DNA of 63,652 nucleotides, filler included, from Bigelowiella natans CCMP2755 (Eukaryota; Protista; Cercozoa): NCBI GenBank assembly GCA_000320545.1. It is 5 parts of 5 records of this genome, joined end to end, with 100 filler letters (N's around TTAATTAATTAA, not from the genome) between each part and the next. Parts side by side here need not be neighbours in the genome. Positions count along the whole stretch, not along the records: positions 44,466 to 59,898 come from ADNK01002566.1; positions 59,999 to 61,388 come from ADNK01003185.1; positions 61,489 to 63,652 come from ADNK01000553.1; 2 more parts are not named here. One strand, 5' to 3'. Shown piece by piece: positions 54,359 to 63,652 of this stretch (position 1 is its first letter; each line of letters starts with the position of its first letter). The notes under the pieces were generated by a model. It saw only the letters and a program-made list of their open reading frames with translations, ran no database searches and was not told where the DNA came from. The position numbers and the translations under genes were made by a program.

Positions 54359-54733
54359 TGCTCACTCGTCCGTTTGATCGTCCGATGGCTGGGAAGTTTT
54401 CCGTGCACAGAATGCTCCTAAGAAGAGTGTGCGTCAGGATTTCAGAGGAAAATTCCGTAATTTCCCGATCATCATTTTTCCTAACACCATTCGCCGTCGT
54501 CATCATCATTTCATTTCTTTTTCATCGAGGAAAGTAAATAAAAGCTTCGAAATTGTCGAGTCGCAGTCGATTTTTTAACAAAACGGCTTTGGTGTTGTTC
54601 TTGCGTCATGGTCTTTCCTTGTCGCAGAGACGTGTTTAGCCTTTTCACTGATGCCGAATCAATTCTCGAGAATTTGTCGGCCCGTGTTTGAAATTTGAAT
54701 CGAAGCCTCCCCCCCCAGCCAGAGCTCGAGCAG

Positions 54734-56752
54734 ATGGTTTCTAACCGTGAACCGTATCGAGGCGACCGCTTTAGGTTACTGTGCTGGATAATATTCTGGG
54801 GAAATAGGGCGCTCGTCGCGAGGGAACTAAGCGCGCCTCATTCCCTTTTATTCAGCAGGTATTATTCATCCTCGGATCATCACCGACAGCCCTCCCCGGA
54901 TCAGGATACGGTAAAACATTGCTGAGATCATAGACGCTCATCAAAGAAATCTGTGAGAGAGAAAACTAGCAAAGCTTGCCGTAGAGTACTCGGTGGTTTG
55001 GTTATGCATAATGAATACGTATTTTCAGAAGGAGTCCAAGGCACGCGCCACTTCATGCCCTTCGATGATATCGACCCCGACTCCCTCCTTCTCCACTCCG
55101 CCGAGTACTTTCTTATCCCAGGAAACTTTAGCGAGTCGTCTAGAAGACGATAACTCCTTAAGTAGCAGCTCCCGGTCAGGTTCGAATTCGCCCAGCATCC
55201 ACCCTCCCATGCATCGTCGTCGTGGGGAAGGGGGCGCAAGCCATACCGACTTAAATGATGACCGCGTCAGCACGTACAACGAAGATAGAAGCGGCGCGTC
55301 ATTTCTAGTCTCCACGCCGAAACCTTTAATCAGCACAGCGGATAGCGAATCCTCCACGGAAACAATCATTTCCAGAAGTAGCAGCAACAACCGAAGCAAG
55401 AAAGATCGAGCGGCTCGTAGAGACAGCAGCAGCAGAAGGAGGAGGAGGAGAGGAGACCCTCACGACGAAAACAGAGGAGGAGGGGGAGGAGAAGAGGGAA
55501 GGGCGAACAGCGCCAGGGCAATTGCGAGAGAGAGAGAGGCTTTCAGCCATTCCGCAGCATCAACAATAAGAGACGATGACAGCCTTGAGCAGGAGGATGG
55601 CGACGAGGAGAAGAAGGAGATTGCTCATAGAGTAGCAGCAATACCTCAAGCTATCTCATCGTATGAAATCCATCACCCTTCCCCTCACAACCATCATGAG
55701 CGGCAGCACCGGGAGCAAGCGGAGGAGCTGTCGAGGAGGAAATCCACAAGGGGGGTATGTTTCAGCGGGGAAGGTGATGAATCAACGCAACACCTCTTGT
55801 AGTAATTTCATAGTGATACAATTGGGGATGGATGACGACTGTTCTGCTGCTGTGATGATGATGCGTAGACCGCTTTGGTACCTTACTTTTCCCCCCCCCC
55901 CCCCTCCATGCACACCCAGGAAGCAGTGTCGCTACGCGGCAGAGCGTGGAGGACAACATAACCATGTTCGAGGACATTCTTCATCCTGAGATGCTTGAGG
56001 CGCTAAATCAACTGAGTTTACTGGTATGCTTGATGGTGTCATATTACTTGTAGTCTGTTCTACGTGAAGGAGTGTTCGTTGTGGTAGTAGTGGCAGCAGC
56101 AAGCAGCAGGCCCTACACCAAAAGAGCAGTGTGACGAGCATGTTTAAATGTTTTGGTCGAATCCGGCTATCATCGTAGTTGCTACCGCCAGCCTCAGAAG
56201 CTGAGAGGTAGTAATTCATTCGTTTCGTTCTACTAATGCAGGACTACGAAGAGAAGCAATTCACTGATCTTCTACAAGCCCGTTTGGCTCAAAAGGTGGA
56301 ACCCCCCCCCCCCCTCTCTCCTCTTCGTCCTCTTGTTATAATTCTGTTGATCATTCTCATGACCGTAGCTGAAGGGGGATGGTGTTTGTTGTTGTTGTTG
56401 AAGGCCAATGCCCTGTCGAGTGACCTGGCAGAGGCGCTCGAGATGGAGATGAACATGCGAGGTTTTGAGAAGCTCAAGGTGGCGGTTAGCGAGGGGGGGA
56501 GGGATGGGTGGAGATATTTGATAGCTGAGTCTGACTGCTGCTGCTGCTGCTGACGATGCTGATGATGATGATGATGATGATGATGATTATTATTATTATT
56601 ATAACGAGGATGATGCTGGTGATGATAATGATGATGATGGCGGCGGTGTCGGCGATAGTTTTGGCGAGTATTTGTTTCAAAGATTTGTTTTATTTTAAAG
56701 CACGTGCGTTGTATGTGTGTCTGTGTGTCTGTGTGTCTGTGTGTGTGAGAGT

Positions 56753-56800
<48 letters not shown>

Positions 56801-56952
56801 AAAGTCGTCCTGTCGTATAATAATTCCACAGCCTCTTACAAACGCATGCCACGTTGGCTTTGCAGATCGTCGAGGAACTGCGCAAGAACGAGCATGAGAA
56901 GAACAACAGTAAGGCGCTATTATAGTAGTATGTATTAGGGAACATTATCTTC

Positions 56953-56988
<36 letters not shown>

Positions 56989-57195
56989 TGATAGTATTTA
57001 ATATTTACGTGTCGTTTATTTAGATATGCGAAAACTGATCGAATCAACGCGCCAACTGCGACAGGACTGCCGAAAGCTGCAGAGGTGAAATGGTGTGGTG
57101 TATATGCATGTAAGGCGGGGCCATTGCACGGATTGCAATCATGATAACTCCCCCCCCCCCCCTTCCCTTCTCGTCTCTCTTATGAAAATAAAGAA

Positions 57196-57235
<40 letters not shown>

Positions 57236-57365
57236 TGTATTAATATATTACTTTGCTTCTCCTATTGTGCAGATCGCTTGACGTTCGAGACGCGCGCCAG
57301 GAGTGCAACGGGCAGCTCATCAGCAATACCGACCTGTGGGGAATCAACGACATTAAACGCATTGC

Positions 57366-57396
<31 letters not shown>

Positions 57397-57448
57397 GGAT
57401 GATAATGGCAGCGACGTGTTCGGCCTGTGGTTTTAGTCAGACGTGCAT

Positions 57449-57492
<44 letters not shown>

Positions 57493-58806
57493 TATATTCA
57501 AACACCCCTTTCGCTCAGATACGACTGGATCGTCGACATCGATCTCCTCTCCCAGCTCTCTGATCAGGGATGGCGTGTTTCCTTCTCAAAGGTGGTAGCG
57601 GTGTTGTCGCCTGGCTGTGGACCTAATATCTACACAATATGCGCATTATCATTATCTCACGAACCCCCCCCCCCCCCCTCTTGTATGTCGTTCGCAGAAC
57701 TTTATGGACGCCAAGAATCAGGGGAGGGATGGGAGGGAGGGCGCCGTCGTGGCGGTGATGGGCCTCTACGATAAGGGAAAGACGTTTGTGCTGAATCAAA
57801 TTACTTCTGCTAATCTTCCTTCCGGGAAGAAGGTGCGTGTATTTGGTGTTGTGTGCGTTTTGCGTTGTGTTGCGTTGTGTTGTGTGTGTGTGTGTGTGAG
57901 TTTACGCCCTGTCTCATGCGTGTCTACATTTGCTGATATGTGCGCGAGACTATTGCAAACAAAATATTCAATATCCTGTATAGACATCCGAATTAGGGAG
58001 AGAATGATGATGACGAATTGCTAATGGTGAAGATGAGGATGACTGTACTATCATTGGGAGATTTTGATGATTGAATATGACACTGCTGCTCACGTTGTGC
58101 ATCGTGACTAAGTACTACGTGTGGGGGGGGGGGAAACAAACACCACAGGTGTCGACATGCGGCCTGAGCTTCAAAAACGTGACGGTTGATAGTACTGAAT
58201 TCGTGCTACTGGTAATTAGAATAAACTGTGTTAGCAGGAAGAGTAGCAGCAGCAGTAGTAATAGTAGTAGTTGTTGTTATAGTAGTAATAGTAGTAGTGG
58301 TAGTTGTAGTGGTGGTGGTGGTGGTGGTGATGGTGGTGGTGATGATGATTTCCTATAATCTCTTACTCCTGATTGGCCTTCTCGATAATGAAAGGATTCT
58401 GCTGGATCTTACTCACCAGTGAAGGTGCTGCTGCTGCAGTAGATCGTTGCTGCGAAGGCCTCTTAAGGGCGTTATAAAAATACTCACGAAATCGCCTTGC
58501 ACGATTATTCGAGAATCTGTTTCTTATGAAAACATCAGCGGCAGTTTTGTCCGCGCCCTCGCCTGAACCTCTCAATGGGGGGGAGGAGGGGGCATGGATC
58601 GGCGTGGTGATTTTTAGGGCGGAGGTGGTTCTGGATGGTTCTTATTTGATATAATGGCTTCATTGTTTGCTGTATCATGTGTCTTTACTCTTCTATGCTG
58701 GGAATAGGTCACCGACGAGTTCAGCGTGGCGCAGAAAGAGGCTACGGAGCTCTTTCTTACGGTATTATTATCATTAGTAGTAGCAGTGTAGTAGCAGTAG
58801 GTAGGC

Positions 58807-58860
<54 letters not shown>

Positions 58861-59478
58861 ACGACGTTTTGAGTTATCTCCCCCACCGTCACGTTTGGAC
58901 CATGAATGGCGCTGCTGCTGCTGTTTGCTTGCAAAAATGATGATGTAGGACTTGATTTTCGATGGGGCTGACTACTTTTTTTGGGTCGTCAACGATTTCA
59001 CTTCCCTCGACCAAAGGTGGGCAAGGGGGGGGGGGTGGCAGGGTGGGAGGGGAGTAGAGTTTATCCGGCAACCTACTCAATCCGATCAATATGGAGGAAT
59101 ACTCTCTTTATCTCTTTCTCTCTTTCACACGCACACACACATACACACACACACACACACTCAAAAACATAAAGGCTGATGTTATATGCGTGGAACGTGC
59201 TCTCTCTCTCTCTCTCTCTCCCCCTCTCTTTCTCATAGGTATCTGGATAGACTGACAAGGCTGCTGCAGGTGCCTCTTCATCTCGTAGAATCGTGGTTGA
59301 GTACAAATGCTGATGGAGTGATAGCTGTTGGAATACTTACAAATATGAAATCATACACACGGCTGCTACTACTGTGACTCCTCGTCACCATGATTTTGCC
59401 AGCACTATCATCACCCCCCCTCCCCCCTCCGTCCTTTTCTTATTGTAATTAACAACGTACCCTCACCGCCGCCGCCTC

Positions 59479-59525
<47 letters not shown>

Positions 59526-59898
59526 TATCATCATCCTATTGACAGCAATCATCGAAGTCCTTCAAGGAAATCATCGTCGTGCACAATCTGAAGGAAATTA
59601 CGCATGAGAGGGTCCTCGATCACATCTGGAAGACGCAGGTGTTGATGCTGATGAAAGAAAAAGAAGAGCGCTCTTTGGCCTTGAGCCCTCCCCCCTCCCC
59701 TTTTCGATTAGTCGTAGAAAAATGCGCACGCATACAGATGAAGGAGCGGACATTGGGGGGTGGGGGGTTGTTAAATATACAGTAGGATGATGCTTTTGAA
59801 TGAATGCATTCTGGTATGATGACGGTAGCAGCGCTATTTGGATTGGTTTTTTTTTTTTCCTCGTTTCTTTTAGGACCCCCCCCCCCCACCTCCCTCCT
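54734..59898 (+). CDS. P-loop GTPase-like protein with long disordered/coiled-coil N-terminus, multi-exon, truncated by gap
   Basis: G1 VVAVMGLYDKGKTFVLN (about 57745-57800), VSTCGLS, LL|DSAG (G3, exon at about 58394), ADYFFWVVNDFT and IIVVHNLK (G4-like). Start codon uncertain. Confidence 0.75.
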
Positions 59899-59998
59899 NN
59901 NNNNNNNNNNNNNNNNNNNNNNNNNNNNNNNNNNNNNNNNNNTTAATTAATTAANNNNNNNNNNNNNNNNNNNNNNNNNNNNNNNNNNNNNNNNNNNN
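59899..59998. other. Assembly gap with artificial linker
   Basis: N run with TTAATTAATTAA at 59943-59954. Confidence 0.97.
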
Positions 59999-60330
59999 AA
60001 ACAGCTAGACAGTGATGGCTGTGGCTATGTGTCCACGATGACGTGTGGTGAGATCAGAGGTGATTGCTACCGCCAAGTCATTGTGGATCACACATGGCAG
60101 ACTTGCTAGCCTGAACCTCAACCTAGCTAGCTGCGGTGTTGTGGACAAACAATCACTGCTGTCCACATGCTGGCATGCATGAATGGTTTGACAGCCATGA
60201 GCTAGGCCAAGCATTCGTGAGCTAGCAAGTGAGCATCGTGTCGCACGATGATGAGGTGAACTGCTCTCTAGCTCTGTCCAGCCTAGCTAGAGCTAGCTAG
60301 CTAGTTAGTGTTAGCTGCCCGATGTGGTGC
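59999..60330. other. TpA-depleted, CTAG-rich island D
   Basis: About 17 TA, about 12 in CTAG. The other 5 are all CTA or TAG. Includes (AGCT)n-like runs. Confidence 0.7.
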
Positions 60331-60653
60331 AACTAACCACTTCATGTGATATGTGCCAGCAAAAAACTATTTCGTTTTGCGCGGGGCTCATGGACGGATG
60401 TGCAGCAATATATGGATCTAGCAGCAATGATGGGGGGGAACATGGGGGAACATTGGGGCAGCTCGTGCACATGATCACAGCTAGACAGGCATCACATGCA
60501 AAGAAAGGGGGGGGGGGGAGAACATCCACGCCGGGGTCCACGGAGGAGCAGGGGGGGGGAGAGAGAAGCGAAAGCAATGTCAAAATAAGAATCCACGGAG
60601 CAGCACCGAACTCCTCTTTTCAGAATCCAAAATTGAGTCACGTATAGTGCAGT

Positions 60654-60693
<40 letters not shown>

Positions 60694-61388
60694 ATATGGA
60701 TATTTTCTCTTGGATAACAGATTTAATGAATCTCTTCGGGTCGATGAAAGGGAGAGGACGGAATCTCTCTCATCCTTGTTGGTGGGGGCTACGTGAAATG
60801 CCTGGTTTGAAATGTGTGAGGAGGGTTGTGAATATGGAGGGCATCTTCGTTGATTCCATATGGAAATGGTAATATCGGACACAAATAATTACAAATAATA
60901 CTCTAACCTTCATTTTCTTCTCCGTTCTCTAAGGGATTTATTGAACAGTCACCTTTTTTCTGAACGCGGACTTCATGATCCTCCTAAAGGAGGAGGATGA
61001 AGAGGGGGAGGAAGCGACGACTCGTCCTGCTACCTGATGTACCTCAACAATGTATCCAATGCCCTTGCCCAATTCGAGGAGCATTGGTGCACTTTGCTGA
61101 ACCACTGATTGTGGTCGGACTATTCGCCCACTGAGGATGCCGAGGAGGATACTGCTGCTGTGCACATGCTGGGTCATTCCTTTGAGACAAAAGCTGCTTT
61201 GCTGATGGTCTACATGTTTCAAAGCGTGAAGTTCTTCCTGTGTGAAAATAATATCAAGATTCTAGAATATGCATGTGTTTTTTGGTAGAGAGAAACGTCA
61301 CCCTCAAACTACAGTGTCTGCGTCTTTGTCACTAGAATGCGACCTTTAGTCATGAAGTGCTGTTTGCATCTGTTGTCTTTCCAACCTA

Positions 61389-61488
61389 NNNNNNNNNNNN
61401 NNNNNNNNNNNNNNNNNNNNNNNNNNNNNNNNTTAATTAATTAANNNNNNNNNNNNNNNNNNNNNNNNNNNNNNNNNNNNNNNNNNNN
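61389..61488. other. Assembly gap with artificial linker
   Basis: N run with TTAATTAATTAA at 61433-61444. Confidence 0.97.
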
Positions 61489-61866
61489 CTTGATTGTTGG
61501 TGCTACCCAAGGTGGCCATATTTTCTCCTTAATTCCTTGAAAAAAAACTTGTAAAATAAGGGGGGGGGATCCGGTTAGGGGCAGGGGGGGAAAGGCGGAA
61601 CAAAGCCTAATCATTATCTATATTTTTTTTATATATATATATATATATATATAACACTACTGTGTGTATCCCTTAGTCATTTTTTAAATGGTTCCCCCCC
61701 CCCCCCCCCCCCCCATGCATCGAGTACATAGATGTCAATGCAAAAACACACCCTACAATACGGATACATACGCAAACGAACGAAAAGCGCCCAAAGACAG
61801 CCTCAAGGGAGCTGTTAAGGCCTTTTCTTAATTTGTTTATTCTCCAATCCTTTCTTCATCATCCAG

Positions 61867-62289
61867 GGAAAACGACGCAGATTCCTCAGTTCTTGTACGA
61901 GTTTGGCTACGGCGATGGGAGAAGTGGATTTCCGGGGATAATAGGTCATATTTCCGAAGCAATATGTGTTTTTCCAGCTCAATGCCCCATCCCCCCCCTC
62001 TTCCCTCCTCATACCACAGGCGTAACAGAACCGAGGAGGGTAGCTGCTGTAAGCACTGCAAGGTAACAATCCAATTTATGATGGCGGAAGTGCTGTTGTA
62101 GATGATGGCTGAGGTTATTTGAACTCGGAAAACATACACATCACGCCTTTCTCCCTGACCCCTCCCTACACGTCTACTGTAGGCGTGTTGCTGAGGAGCT
62201 CAATGTCGAGTTTAAGAACGAGGTGCGTTAGACAGCCGGGAATCCTTTCTCTGTGCTATTGCCGTGCTCATTTTCCACCACCATCATTT

Positions 62290-62324
<35 letters not shown>

Positions 62325-62732
62325 TTTGTTCTTGTTGATGATTTCATTCCTCACGGTTGCTGTGTTTTGTGTGTTTGCTCAGGTGACATATCAGGTGCGA
62401 TTCGATGCACCTGGGTCTGGCAAGGAGAAGATAAAATTTATGACGGATGGAATCCTACTCAAGGTAAAGCAAAGTGTGTTGCGTGTTGATCTGCATGGTT
62501 CAAAGGGCTGCGAACGATGAAAAGAGATATAAGCTGTTTTTAAGTTAAAAGAGACGTCTTCTTCTTCTTTTTTGATGTGAGCTCTCTTCATCTTTCTTGT
62601 TGCGAAGGAATGCGAGGGGGATATGCTGCTGAACAAGTACTCGGCTATCATCTTAGATGAAGCACATGAAAGGGGTACTACCTCTTCGCTTTTAATATGC
62701 TGGAAGAGTGACGATGCGGTGATGTTGGTGGT

Positions 62733-62763
<31 letters not shown>

Positions 62764-63283
62764 GATGATAAATCGTGATTGATGGTGGTGGTTGTTCTTT
62801 AGGTCTCAACACCGATGTACTATTGGGACTTTTATCAAAGATTGTACGATTGCGGAGAAGGTATAGATCTGTTGCTAGTGATGGTTTTAAGTCCATGAAT
62901 GACGATGAGAACAGAGAGATGGGGGTAGTGTGTCAGGAGGGTGATTCCTAACCACATGGCTTTTACCTTTAATCCACTCTTTCCCTTCTCACGTTTATTC
63001 TCTACCTAAGGCTCTATGAAGAGAATAGAAAACAGGGGGGGGGGAATGAGCAAGACGAAGAAGATGCTACTGCAGATGGTCAGGAGCTGAAGCAATTGGA
63101 GGTATTCATTCTGATAAAGTACACGGCTGTGATGTTCTTCTCCTATCCATGACTACTACTGCAATGTTCTTATTAGCATCATCATCATCATCATCATCAT
63201 CCTCATCATTGTTAACTTAGGTGCGACGAACGGTGAAGAGTCCCCTGAAACTCATCGTGATGTCTGCAACCCTCCGCGTGCAG
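61867..63283 (+). CDS. DHX37: DEAH-box RNA helicase, DHX37/Dhr1-like, partial
   Basis: Exons GKTTQIPQFLYEFGY...IIG|VTEPRRVAAVSTAR|RVAEEL|VTYQVRFD...IKFMTDGILLK|KYSAIILDEAHER|NTDVLLGLLSKIVRLR...PLKLIVMSATLRV. The LLSKIVRLR and PLKLIVMSATLRV segments are typical of DHX37. Confidence 0.88.
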
Positions 63284-63652
63284 GTAGGCGTTCACCAATA
63301 CTTATAACAACAACAACAACTACTACTACTACTACTTCTACGAGTACTTACCTACTAATCAGTCCCAAATCCAGCAACTACCTTTCGATAGTAGTAGCAG
63401 TAGGTTGTGGTAGTAGTAGTAGTAGTAGTAGTAGTAGTTGTTGTTGTTGTTATAAGTATTGGTGGACGCCCACCTGCACGCGGGGGGTTGCAGACATCAC
63501 GATGAGTTTCAGGGGACTCTTCACCGGTCGTCGCGCCGAAGATAACAATGATGAGGATGATGATGATGATGATGATGATGCTAATAAGAACATTGCAGTA
63601 GTAGTCATGGATAGAAGAAGAACATCGCAGCGTGTCTTATCAGATGAATACT
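63102..63652. repeat. Near-perfect inverted repeat (arms about 63102-63341 and 63409-63652), probably a fold-back artefact
   Basis: The reverse complement of the window end reproduces the preceding intron-exon-intron with about 10 mismatches. Confidence 0.8.

Larger units (their letters stand above)
880..63600. repeat. Abundant intronic microsatellites: (CT/GA)n, (CA/TG)n, (TA)n, (CAT)n, (TAG)n, poly-C/G
   Basis: Directly visible, e.g. 2152-2270, 16810-16890, 25030-25077, 35118-35160, 56545-56600. They cause most poly-residue ORFs in the track. Confidence 0.95.

Noticed and set aside
3300-54360. Explaining the islands by CpG methylation decay or classical RIP
   Set aside because: CpG is retained in island C and TpA is lost rather than gained, the opposite of both processes.
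28305-61488. Four identical TTAATTAATTAA palindromes inside N runs
   Set aside because: Artificial six-frame-stop linker used to join contigs. Not biological, and gene neighbourhood across these gaps cannot be trusted.
778-62896. Numerous ORFs with poly-L/S/H/CV/RE/YI tracts
   Set aside because: Translations of intronic microsatellites.
63102-63652. Hairpin / inverted duplication of a DHX37 exon (possible siRNA source or mutator substrate)
   Set aside because: It sits at the window end, its mismatches are mostly miscall-like changes toward C and not TA-specific, and it truncates a likely essential gene. A fold-back chimera is more likely. Long reads would settle it.

Overview
Eukaryotic nuclear DNA from an intron-rich alga or protist. 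It is most likely a chlorarachniophyte, inferred from two genes with bipartite signal-peptide plus transit-like leaders. The window is five contigs joined by 100-nt N spacers carrying the artificial TTAATTAATTAA linker, so adjacency across gaps is unproven. Most ORF-track entries are microsatellite or antisense artefacts, so genes were rebuilt by hand from GT-AG exons. Genes: ELP3 (5'-truncated), a multi-pass membrane protein, a FAM173/ATPSCKMT-type methyltransferase, a complete 8-exon IRG/p47-type GTPase with a plastid-type leader, SPRY+EF-hand, a RING-H2 ligase, a bacterial-toxin-like (ART-fold candidate) ORF, an aldo-keto reductase, a Sel1-repeat protein, plastid DUF3067, a second P-loop GTPase, DHX37 and two long low-complexity genes. 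The strongest unexplained signal is a set of intergenic islands almost free of TpA but retaining CpG, in which surviving TA lies mostly in CTAG. They contain ankyrin pseudogenes with Tyr-to-Cys/His changes. This suggests a regional TpA to TpG/CpA (A-to-G) hypermutation process, the mirror image of fungal RIP. All counts are approximate hand counts and no database searches were run.
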